NCBI RefSeq assembly: GCF_000150275.1
Contig: NW_002060957.1
Coordinates: 1,228,445 to 1,292,444 of the forward strand
Source: Trichoplax adhaerens
Lineage: Eukaryota > Animalia > Placozoa
Length of the DNA: 64,000 bases
Direction of reading: 5' to 3'
Each line of letters opens with the position of its first letter. Position 1 is the first letter of the stretch. Of the stretch, positions 15,393 to 28,194 are shown piece after piece. Both the position numbers and the translations under genes were made by a program. The notes under the pieces were generated by a model. That model was not told where the DNA came from. It made no database searches and saw only the letters and a program-made list of their open reading frames with translations.

Positions 15393-18300
15393 TTAAACAT
15401 CTTCTAATTCTAACATTTTTTCTACGCTTGCTATAAGCTCCCGTTCGGGCTTTTTCCCATTTAATCTTGCAGCATCACGTCGTACCATTTCAGGTAATAA
15501 ATCAAAGTAGGAAAAGACAAATGATCGCGTGATGTTGGAAAATTTCTTGATTCCATTATGATCTTTATTAATTCCTAATTGCATGAAATGGCGTTGTAAT
15601 GCTTTAAGCTTTAATTGCATCATTTTCTTTTCTAAATTTCGTCGCTCATTTTCTTCTCGTTCATGACGAATTTTATCCAAACGTTCTTTCTCAGCAAGTA
15701 GACGCAATCTTTCCTCTTCTTCTTTTCGTTTCAGTTCTAGTATTGCTTGTCGTTCAGCTTCTTCCATTAATCGGAGTTTTTCTTCTTCCATGGCTCGTCG
15801 TTTTGCTTCGGCTTCTTTAGCTCGACGTAATGCTGCTAACCGTTCTTCTTCTTCTTGTTTTAATTTTTCGCGTAATTCTGCTTCTCTATTTCTTGCTTCT
15901 TCCATTAATCGCTTTTCACGATCTTGTCGTTCCTCTTCTTCACGAATTCGAATATAACGCTCTTCTTCTTCCTGCTTTAATCGTTCTTCTTGTTCTCGCT
16001 TAGCTCTTTCATATTCTTCTTGCTTCCTTCTCATTTCTTCCTCAGCTTTACGCTTTAATACTTCAATTCGTTGTGCCTCTTCAGCTTCTCGCTTCTTCAT
16101 TTCTTGCCTTTCTAATCTTCTCTGTAGAACACGTTGTCTTTTTTCTTCAGCAGCTAATCTTCTCCTTTCAGCAGCTGACAATTTAACAATGTATTCACCA
16201 TCGCTTTCTTCATCGGATAACTGACTACTTTTCCTAGGTATTTTGCTTTCTCCACCTTCATCAGCTGGTAATTCGGGCACCATATCGAGTTCTTCATCTA
16301 GTTCATCATCTTCAAGCACTATTTCTTCTGTTTCTTCAGGAATAACTTCTACTTCGGACTCGCTCACTAAGCTATGACTCCTTACTTTTGCTTTTTTCTT
16401 CGGTTTCTTCTTTAACTTAGATCGTTTATTACCTAATATATCGCTCATGCTGGGTTTGCGAAGAACTTTACGATCACGTGGTGCTGCAAAAGTCGCTGCT
16501 ACTTGTTTCTTAGGTGATTTGGCTTTGGCTATCTTTTTCATTTCTTGAGGTAGAAATTGCTTTAAGCGTGCCATGGATGATTCGATGACTAATCTTTCCT
16601 TTTCCCTGGCTGTTAATTTAACCTCAGGGATTGGAATAGCCTCATGAACATGATCAGGGCTTAATAACTGATCGACTTCATGAAAGGGATCATCAACATC
16701 AGCCTCGATTTCTTCCTCTTGAACTGTCTCATCGTCACCGAAATGGCTCACGTCGGGCTGTAATTCAATTTCCGATTGCTGGCTTGGGATAGATATTGCT
16801 TTACCTAAAGCTTGATTAGCACTGTTACCTATTGATGCTCTTTCAGCTAGTATAGCTGCTTTACTTGCATTCTCATCATCGGTAGAATGTTGCCATTCCA
16901 ATAGATCTTCGCTGATTTTAGTTTTCTCCAAATCAAGATCATCTTTACTATGACGAGTTGCAGCACTTGGAAGTCGAACTATTTTCTCTGCAGCTAATTC
17001 TAGAATAGAAAAATTAAATTATATCACATTTATGATTTACCAACTATCTAAGAGATTATGGTAGGTAAGAAAACTATTTATTTCTATTTCATTAGCATTT
17101 CTAGCATACGGTACCTATTGCAGACAGACTAGAAGATCGAGGAATGCTTCTCTGATTGGCTTCTGCTAGTTCTTCTACTTGTTCACGTGTGAAAGAATAG
17201 GCTTTGGAGGGACTAGAGCGTCTACTTTCTGAATTGAGATCTGCTTCATTTATACCTGTAATTTCTTCTTCTTCTTGCGTAGAGAGGGCATCATCTTTTA
17301 CCATTTCAGCTAATCATAAATAGAAGCAATTAAACATTGGCATATGACCTGCTATGAGGCCGTTTATCAAAATTTCAATCTGCTCTACAGTAACTTTCTA
17401 CAAGGCCATGGAAAATACTTGTTCTCTGCTGTATGGGTTGGGTCTTATTTAATGTTCTAATGATATTATAAATGTCCATTGATAGATTCAAATGCGAAAA
17501 TGGGTAGCATAACTTAGCTTATAAAAATAATTTTCAACGCATTTGCTTTCTTACCTGCAATTGCTTGCAACCGTTGAGTAAATTCTGTTTCTGTAGCGGA
17601 TACAAACAGCTGATTTTCAGCTAGCTTAGATTCTGTTTCAAAGTTGTCTAAATCTTTATGATTTGCGATGCTACCCTTTCCGAATGAGCTAGCACCTCCA
17701 ATATAAGATCCTATTTCCGCCGCTTTATTAACCCATAAAACGGAGGCAGCTTGTAAATCCGATATAATACTCGCTCCAGCATCATCACTAAGTTTATAAA
17801 ACAAGAAGAAAAAAGGTCAAGATGATAATTGCTTATTAATTTAATAACATTCATTTGAAATAGGATACTAATAAATGAATGTCTATCTAGGATGCATCGG
17901 TAAACTTACTTATCGAAGACACTTTGGGCAACTCTGGATGCCACACGCCCCAAGACATTAAAAGCGGATTTTGTATTCTGAACATGACCAGACTGATCTG
18001 GTAGATTAATTAATGATGAGTTTTCCAGGTCATCGCCAGCCCAATTTTGTTGGTGGTCTTCCTCTAATTCGACATTTTGGTTAACTAAGATCGGAGGGAG
18101 AACACCTTCCGCAGTAGAACCTCTCCTTGGAGTGCGTGATTGCAATGATGAAATAATCACTGCATCACTTAATTTATTTTGAACCGATTGCCAATCTTGC
18201 ATGGACGTGGCTGCACTAGCTCCTCGACTGATAGCTCTAGACAATTTTTTGCTTTGTTCTACTACTGAATATTAAGAATAGATCCTGATTAATCACGGAA

Positions 18301-21300
18301 AAATTAGCCGCAACATTCAGCTATCTGCTATGTCTGTAAGTTTTAACGTGCTCATATTGCTAATAGCACCGCTACAAATAATAAATAATGATTTGAAGAA
18401 ACGACTACCTGAACTGTATTTTACGGTATTACCAATTTTATTATATCAAGACTGAGCAACTATGTATGCTAAGAACTTAGATAGTACTTCGTGCAGCATA
18501 AGTGCGAAAACATTTATTATAAAGATGTACATAGTTGCACAATTTAATTCTAGGTAAATCTTTGCAATGATGGGATGCACTATATACGTATATACTCATA
18601 TTTACCTGTTGATTGGCTTTCATCCTTCAGTTTCCGCAAGACATCTTGTACGTTGGTAAAATCTTCTTCAGTATCTAGCCATTCATTCAGGCGAGGTAGA
18701 TATTTACCATCTTCTAACCTTTGCTGTGCCTTATCATTATACATTGCAGCTATGCTGTCATGACCACTATCATGACTAGTAATTGATGCTTTTGCACTAG
18801 CTGGTCTTAAAGCTCGGCTATAAGGTGATCTTCCACCTCCATGAACGCTAGCTCGGCTTTCTAAGCGTGCTTTGAGTAAGGGACTACTTTGTGGAGCACT
18901 TTGAGGACGATCATAAACAACTGGTCTTGCTGACATGCCACCTGTTTTAGGCAATCCATCGCTATGGATACTAATATTGCTTGAATCATCATCTTCATCA
19001 ACTTCATCAAATATATCAAAATTGTGTTCAGCACCGAATGTAATACGATTTGGGATAATAATTTTCCTTTTACCCGATGATACGGAATAGTTATGACCAT
19101 TAATGGTGCTAGTGCCATCGGTATCTTTGGCAGCATAGTCAGTAGTAATACTATTGCTTGGTTTGTTAGATCGCTTCCAACCAATTCTAGGATATTCACT
19201 TAAATTGGTTGGGTTAATTCCATGCCGTTTTTGATGATAATGCTTATCTTCAAGTAAGGAATGCTTAACTCCAGCTTCGATATTATCCTTGTTCTGTACA
19301 AGTGTGGGTTGTTTTTTCATTCTGATTCGATTTTCTGGCTCATCTTTAATAATTATGTATTAAAAAAAGATTAAATACTTAACCAATGCTGACAGATCCT
19401 CTTTAGTGATAGAGGAGAGAGTGCAAATGCTACAGTATTGATTTAGCTAGCAACAATGCAAACTTCTATCATTTACCTTCCGGATAGGCAGGCCTGCCAG
19501 TACGCCATGACTGCAAGCTCTCATCATCTTGTTGGCCACTTAGACTATCAAATTCATTATCGAATAGCTGCAGACGATTATAACCAATTTGTTGTATTTT
19601 CTAAAAAAATAAAAATTATAATTGATCAGATTTAGACTAGAATTAAGTCAGGATGATGTTGTCCTAAAATTTGGATCAAAGAATTCATGTGTTTTATTAC
19701 TAATGCTGATAGATACCTTTGGACTTGCTGTCCCCATCGTGGCATGATGTCCTTCTGTTGAATTAAAAGGCAATGATTGTCCAGGAAAGGATCCATCATC
19801 TTGAAATAAGGATTGGATATTAATAACAGCAGGATTATGATTCTCACCATCACTGCTATTCAATGACACATTTAATCGATCGGTATCAAATTGCGTTCCT
19901 TCTGAGCTCTCGTAGTTGTATGATTCTACACGTCGAGCATTATTCATCGCATAGGGATATTTGGATTCTTTACTAGGTAATTGAGCAGTAAACCCTGAAT
20001 CGATGGATTCACTATCATGACTGCGAGGATGGGGTGGAACTAAAGCAGTGACATCTTGATTAACGGGGGAATTGGAGCCTCGTGTACTTGCGCTGACAAT
20101 GGAAACATCTTGATTACCAGATGTTCCTCTAGTTAAATGAGCATGAATAATTAATTTACTGATGAGTTTTTCCTTGTCCGAGCGATTCAATTGCTGATAA
20201 ACAATTTTCGGCGGTTGGACTCGTTGTAAAGCAACTTGAAATTCATCTTCGCTATCTTCATCTTCTACTTCTTGTTGGGTACGTTGTTTACGTCGACTTG
20301 GAGGTGTCGGTTTCCATGGAGATACTATTTCATCGCGACCATCATCGGTGTCGAGAACGCATGCATGACTATAAGCAGCTACAGCAGGATCTTCACCACT
20401 ACTAGCTTTGCTAGCTACCCGTGAATGCCTTAGTCGATTGATTTTAGGTAGTGCTTTAAATTTAGACCAAATTTGTTGGCGTATAACATCAATTTCTTGC
20501 TGATTATCAACTGCTCCGTAAGACAGATTATGATAAGATAGTCGGTCATGTCGAGCAGCTGATGGTTTGTCGGTAGGTGTTGCTTTTTTCTGCTGTTCTG
20601 GATGGGGAAATTGGGGTTTAAAATGATTCATGGACCAAAAGTTACCATAAACGGGTGGTCTGGGCTTGGTATTCTTAGCATAATTGCTCCATTTGTGCCT
20701 GTTTTCAATATTGTAATTAGGACACCAATTTTCGCTTACCATAGATTGGTTCGGGTCGTAGACATATTGATGTTTATAGGGATCTTCATGTTGATGGTAG
20801 TGTGAGTGATAGTGACCCTAATCAAAAATAAATAAGCAGTGGATGTATAGGTGAGTTTATCGGTACTCAACAATTTGTAAAATAGTTCGAAAATAGAGTA
20901 GCTATCGGTACTGCTAGTCTAATTATGGAAAAAATTTCATCGCTGGAGTATAGATGATGGCGGATATAAAAATAGAATGCTGGTGCATGTGATTAATTCG
21001 TATACTGTAGGTTAATTTTATAAATATCGATAGAGATTTTATCGTCATAAATAAATGCAGGCATAAAGAAGAAATAAATTTGAAACACGGTGCCTTAATT
21101 TAGACTAATTCATGAATAAAGCGAATTTTTACTTTTAGGAGACTACTAGATAAGAATTCAACTTTATATTATGACATCCATTCATTTATTTCAGTGATAC
21201 TAAGTTAAATAAGACTTATGCATTGACAGATAGCTAGCATCATAAGAACTTACTTTTTGCCTTTGCTTACTAAAATCGAAAATGGAACGTTGCAATTCGC

Positions 21301-24300
21301 CGGTAGTTTTAATTCCAACGGGTTCAACATCGTGAAATCCGGGGACTCTACGAAATTGACCTTCATAATATCTGGTATGCGGTGGTGGTGGCGAAATATC
21401 CGATGAAAATAAATATAGAGCTCCTTTCTTGGTCATAAATGTCTTAGGCAGGTGCATAGATGCCTTCCTTGCTTTAGTGATTTTTCCTAATGGTCTTGAC
21501 CTTCGGATACTTTTAGATGGATAAAAGTATGAGTGTGAATCTCGCGGATGTAAGACATCGTCTCGAATTTGATCCGTCTGTAAATTGGAAGTATAATTTA
21601 TTTAATTTGATATATTTATATTAATTGCATTAAATATGTATGAGGGCTTTCGATAGATTAAAAGTAATGAGCTAAAGTTTAGTTATCGTGGGATTGTTGA
21701 AGAAATTGAGATCTTAGGCCTATTTGAGCTTGACTATATAGGAAAGCATCGTGAAGATTTTTGGCAGTATAAGATTGACTAAATATAGTTATGATAGTTC
21801 AGTCCTCAGTAGAGAAAATTACTGGGCTATAGAAATGAGCAAAAACTAGGTAAGGGAACACGCATCATTTACTAGAGTTAAATTCGTTCAAAGTCTGTAG
21901 ATGACATTCACTTTTCTTGATCTTTTATAGGAAACTTTGGAAAGATCTGGAAAGTGGATAGCTTGATTAAAAATTTCGTGATATTGTAGGCATGTTTTGT
22001 TATTAGGATGGGAAAGATTAAAACTTAGATAATTCATAATAATATGAGCTTAGAAAGCCATAAATTATATAGTTATTCAAGGACATATTCTTATCCCACT
22101 TAGCGGTAGCAGTGTGCAAGAGCGTAAAAATTATTATTTAAGGAATATCTTCCCTACGTTAGAATTTAAGCCATCAGATTGACTGTATTGATCAATTTAA
22201 AATTAAGTAAGAAATTTTAAATCTATTGGGGAGAGAATTTTTTTCAAATTCTTAAAAAAAATATACAATACCTATTGAACTCTATCACAACTGAAAAGTT
22301 ATTAATTAAAAGCTCTTCATTTGCTTTATCAACTTACAAATCGAGGATCTTGACGATGAAAATCATTCCACGATGCATAACCTTGTGATACAGACGAAAA
22401 CATGCTACCGGATGTCCACAATATAGGAGGAGGCAAATGGGGATATTTTGAAGGTTGTACAATTCGGCGTCTAGATTTTATGGTTTTAAAAAATGCAATT
22501 TAAAAATCAAGAATATTCTAATAAAATCTGGATTTTTCAATAAAAGAAAGCTTTAGTTATCGATATTATGAATAGAATAAGATAGTAAATATGATAGCAA
22601 TATCGTTGATTGAATTTTGGAGCTCAATTGATCTCTGTAGTCCCTTATATTACATAGAAAGGCCATCATAAATAGAGTGACTAAGACGTTATTATTTGCA
22701 GGCCGTATTATTTTCCATGAAACAAACTGATATCTTGTAACAATATTGCCTTGTTGGAGAGCATACATTAAAATTAAACAGCAAGACATGTTGCTATAAA
22801 GAGATATGAGAATAGGTTCACTATTGGCTATGCCTATCCCTCCAATTTATATAAAAGTTGTAAAGCAGAATGAATGTTATTCTAGTCTAGAGCTATTATC
22901 AACTGACACTAGAGTTAAATTCAATCAATTTAGATTCAGAATAGCTTTGTTTTACTAGAGATTACGAAGATTCGATAGTAAATATTTAATAAGAAAGAAT
23001 TAAGACCAAGGATTGAATTCATAGTGATCACTACTTCATATAGTACAAGAAACAAATTGAGTAATTAGATTAAGTTATATTGAATATTGAGTTACTTGAA
23101 GGAATTAAGAGGTTGATAAATACGTCATTATTATGACTTTTATAGTGAATTTTATCGCATGAAAAGGTTTAAATGGGCAGGTTAAAATAGATATAGAAGC
23201 TATTAATTAAGACAAATAGATACACTGTAATAAAAGGCGTTGTCAAAAAATAGCGATATCACATTAGGAAAAGCGAGACTAGCTAACTTCTATATACGCT
23301 ACCGTGAAACTGAAAATATACGGAATGGTGTTACTTAGAGATGTGATATAATTTACATGTATTTAAAAGAAAGTTTATAAGTTCTATGGAGGTTCTACAA
23401 TAATCTACAAAGGTACGTGGATGAAGATGAATTACGCCGTTAAACATTAAATTTTATACTTGAAACGAAACGTCGTCATAAAGCGGTCAAATAAAATTAG
23501 ACACAAAATTTATGTAACTTTGTAATCGGGACCTAGATCAAGCTGAAAGCAATCTTAAAAGTTTTCAGTGTCAGTAGATCTAATTCAGCGTCATTCAAAT
23601 ATTTCTTCTAGATGATCAACAACTAAACGTGAATTACGTCACTTCAACTCGATCTTTTAATAGCTAAAAGCGATCTGAAAATTTATATAGCTTAATATGG
23701 ATAGAAGTGATGCTGCAAGTGATAAGGAATATCATCTAGATTTTTAGTCTGTAGTTGAAAGCCATCTTAAAAAGTATAAAACGCAATCCTACGAGTACAT
23801 ACATTATGATAATTATGATCACAAGTAAATGCTCTATCTGCGATCGTCTGGAATATACTGGCTAAAATAATTTTTCGGATACCCAATTAAAGTTTAGCAA
23901 TGATTAGTATCTACTGACTGGCATGAGGAAAATAAATTTCCATACCGTCATTTAAAATCGTCCAACGATGGCCATTTTTGCTTACTCGCAGATATTTATA
24001 TTGGCGTATGTTAATATTATATAGCAAACAACTAATTTAATTCGTAGATTATTATTAGTATGATAAAAATATGGATTAATCGATAGAATATTTTTGTTAA
24101 TAGAAATAAAGAGAACTAAAAGGCCAAAAGAAAATTATTGAAAAGCCTTAATGAAATTATTAATGGAATAGAAGAAAACAATATAGTAAACAAAAAGGGA
24201 TTTAACAGCAGGATATTTTCGTTGATGAATTCTAAGCTAAAAAAAGGCATTAGTTGGTAGTACAAAGATCAAAACTTTGTAAGATCGAGACAAGTACTAC

Positions 24301-25985
24301 CATTAAAATCTGTTGACGTAGGAATAAACCAACAGAGGTAATATGGAGAAAAAACATAACTGCATGAAATATCAATTGGATGTCATTTCATTATCGATAT
24401 GTTGTCACTGAGATTTCTAAGAACAGTAGCAGTTTTTCGGCTTATATTAGAATAGAAATAATAAATGGATAAGCTAGCGCAAATATTGGAAATCATTCTT
24501 CAATCTGATTAGAATAGGTGATGATCTGTTATTACTTTGATACGATATAGAGTTACTACTAATCTTCATCATTGTATTTGAAGGAGGAAGAGATACGGTA
24601 GTTAAATTGAAAGAGATGTGATATAGATTGAATTCTGCCGTATACTTTTTATAATCTAGAGTCTGATTATGCTACTAAATCAATTAGATAAAATTGATTT
24701 TAAACTCTAGCATCTCTATCTCGGACAATAAATTAGTAAGAGTAACATGAGCACGACTATTTCGGGCTTTTTTGTATGTCATGTTGTGAATTTTGTCAAG
24801 TTAGTGCGTCATTATTGCTTGGATTGATTGCTAAACTACTTCAGCAAAAAACTCATTTATTAAAGTCTGCTATGGCAATATTTTCATCTACTTGTTAGAT
24901 GGATTTAGGGGCATGGAAATGATTGAAATAATTATCATGGTTATTTTACTAAGAGTAGAACTCAAGAGGTATTCCAAATGCGCTTACTATAACGAAAATT
25001 GAAATAAAGTAGGTATGGAGTATTTAACTGTAATTCTGTTGCGATCGGCAACGTATCGGGGAATTTTCGGAACTTTATTATGAAAGATCGAAAACAAAGT
25101 TTGCGTTATCAATATCATAAAATTGCATGTTTCCCAAAAAAGTTAACGAAAATTGCTGATGGTAAAACATTTTAAATGTGAAGGAACCAAAGGCATAAAA
25201 GAGGCGAGATCAAATAATTCCGAAAAATTCTTGTTTAAGAATAAGGTTATATGGATCTTATTGCTACTGGCAAAGCACTTAGTAGCTAAGAAAATGTTTA
25301 TCGCTCAACATAGGTAATGAAAAATAGTTCAATGATGACATAATGAGCAAGTTTTGAAAGTATCGTTTAAAATTATAAGTGTAAATCTGGAGACTTTGAG
25401 AAATTCTTTCAAAGCGATTTATAGCTTTGTATTTTGGCGTGCTTTAGGGTTGATTCGGTTGAAATAGTAGGAAAGAATTGATTAAATTTTAGGAAGAATT
25501 ACGCACCTAAAGGATGCTTCGCCTGGTGAAATAATGAATATTATCTAATGATAGACGAGTTTTTGAGATGTGAGTTTTCTTACTTATTGTAGCTAATCTA
25601 TATTGTAAATACTATATATTGAATATTGAATACTGTAGGCTTATGATAATTTTATAGTTCCTGGCAAATTATTGGAATCTGTAATAATTAGGTTACGGAA
25701 AGAAAACTAAAAATATAATTGATCGAAATATGCTTCTTTACAAAGATGTACGGTGAAATGGATGCAAGTAATTAAGCCGTGATATTAAGAATATTTATAG
25801 TTGCTATCAGTTAACATCAGAACTCGAAAATATTTAGTAATAAACTAATGGTGATTATTTTAAATAAAGTTACGTTCTATTATAAAGTAGAAGTAGCGAA
25901 AGAAGGATGATAAATGTATTTACTTTCTACTTAATTTTCTCATAAAATCAGGCAATGGCGGCGGTGATGGTAGTGTTCCAGCCAT
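15393..25985 (-). CDS. KIAA2012: KIAA2012-like (DUF4670-type) protein: conserved N-terminal motif, long low-complexity middle, ER/K-rich helical C-terminus; about 10 exons
   Basis: Exon ~21254-21577 encodes MHLPKTFMTKKGALYLFS...IKTTGELQRSIFDF, which resembles the LPKTFSTRKGALILYS...LHTLQDLKEAILAY motif I recall from human KIAA2012. The last exon (15393-~17000) ends in an ER/K tract plus ITRSFVFSYF, like the KIAA2012 C-terminal SRPWVYSYF motif. Internal exons match ORFs at 17101-17304, 17514-17804, 17906-18244, 18580-19320, 19477-19601 and 19718-20817. Exon 22338-22470 (RRIVQPSKYPHLPPP...) joins in phase to a candidate first exon 25924-25985 (MAGTLPSPPPLPDFMRKLSR). The start is less certain than the gene body. 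Confidence 0.75.
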
Positions 25986-28194
25986 AGTGTAGGCAATCAT
26001 CGGATAAATTATAATATTGAATAGCAGTGTATTAAATAGTTTAAGGCAGTCATACAGATTATCGGAAGTAAGTTGGTAATTAAATTAACGATATTCTTGA
26101 TGATTGTATGACAGTTATAAAAGATAGTCTATTCAAGATTGGCCAATTTTACTTGACTCGATTAACTTAAAGAACAAAGTGAATAATTTTTTCCCTCATA
26201 TTAACAATTTAACTCTTAATTGTTACATTAACAATTTATAACATGAAACAAAGTAAAAATGATTGTCTTAATAGGTAGAATAGCGATCATTTTCTATTTT
26301 ATAGTGTTTCAGCCATTAGATAGAAGTATAAACTAGATGATGACATGGAATAGAGCTGTCATCATGCTCGAATGATCTGGACCATGATGGCCTTCATTGC
26401 AGCTGAACAAAGCAGATGGACTGCCATAAAAGTCATGAAAAAAAATGGAATGTGTTGAACTTACCTAAATAATAATAAGATCGGGTCAATTGATTGTGAT
26501 CTATTCTGTATAGGAATAATCGAAGCTAGTAATTGCGAATTATTCGATCAATTATCGATCCATTTCTTTCTTGCGTGTTTTTAAATTGAATCAATTTGGG
26601 GAACTATCGCCATTTTAATTTATGTAGTATACTAGTTAGAACAAGAATTTACGTCTGCAAATTATCTTCAAAGCGTCAATGTTTCTAAACTAGTTACCAT
26701 GGTAATTAATCAACCATGGTAATGAGATGGTGTCAAGAAACATGGGACCCTAAACGATTACGATTGGATACAACTATTTCTATACTATTTAATTTACGCA
26801 TACATAACGGTCATTAAATAAACAATAGAATACAATAGCCATTAGATCTATCTATTATTTGAAGATCATTATCTCAGTTATATTCTTCATTATGATAGTG
26901 ATCTTATTGTGATATTAAAAGAGTTGCAAGTGATGTAATCATGATCTATATGTAACGCACAATTTCATTGGTAGGCTTGATACGTAATTTTTTAAATTGT
27001 TTATCCAGTTTCTTTTATGACTGAAGCCTTGTCTGAGTAGATCTTGGCAATTACTATGCTCTATAATAATAAAATGCTACTGCCAAAGATTTATATGTGT
27101 TACTATAGACTGCGACTAGAACGACAACAATATTTAAGTATTGTCAATGCATTTAAGAGTAACTTTAGCCAGCGAACTATTGCGCTTTGTACTTACCATA
27201 AATGAATGATAATATACATTCAATCAATTTTCTACTGACAGAGTAGGATGTGATGAGTAAATTGGGAATTAAAATTTAAGGCTGTTAATGATTTACCAAG
27301 ATATTCAAATAGATAATTGCATATAACCTTAGCCTCTCGAACTATCATATGCTACATTTACTACTAGGGTACATTTGTTTTTCCTAGTGATAATGAAATA
27401 CCCTAGCGATTAAATTATAGATCACAAAGTAATCATAATAGCTAGCATCGTAAAATTGATCCTGGCATCGTATACATGAGAGATCGTACAAGTGTTTTCA
27501 TAGCATATTGCCGCAATTCAGTGAATTTCAGGATTGGGTAATATATTTGCTGAGGTTAAGACTTTAAATTATACAGTATATTGAAAGGTTGTTAAACAAC
27601 TTGGTAAGAAGAATTTACAAGAAAAGCCTTTGCATAATGTATAAACGATTTTCAAAGAAAAGTATTCTCTATTTCTTTATTATAGGCAGATTAGATCAGA
27701 TTAAAGTACATTAAGATACGAATATTTTAGAAAAATTTTAAGATATAGTGTATAAGATCAGCTCATTCGAAGGCTACAACACAGATGCCATTCTTTATTT
27801 TGACAGAAGGTGCATTAGTTAAAAAGTCGAGAAATAAAAGAGGTTCTCTATGATTAGAATTTTAATCAGTAGTCTTATTAGACATAGGCCTATTACCGTT
27901 GTAGCAAATAAAAGCACAATTCCTGTACCGTAGTACTTGTACTTGCCCAAAATACAAAATTGCGTAGCATAAGTTCTAAAATTAAATCTGTGTTTATCTC
28001 AGGCTGGCGCACATTGGCATTGCTATAATCTCAAATCAATGATCTTATTAAATAATCATACGATAAAGTTGTGCAAGGATAATGAAAAATATGTTAAAAC
28101 TTAACTTGAATCATCACCTAGAGCTATATTCGAAACATATAAACACCAGTTATGCGCATTTTATAGATTAATGGCTTTAACAAAAGTATCTGAT

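Noticed and set aside
18575-20805. Alternative-frame and antisense ORFs (18575, 18861, 19632, 20236, 20602)
   Set aside because: Shadows of the large KIAA2012-like exons.
26695-26724. Repeated (TT)ACCATGGTAA palindromes upstream of the KIAA2012-like gene
   Set aside because: Only 8-12 bp. Could be a regulatory site but is too short to distinguish from chance.
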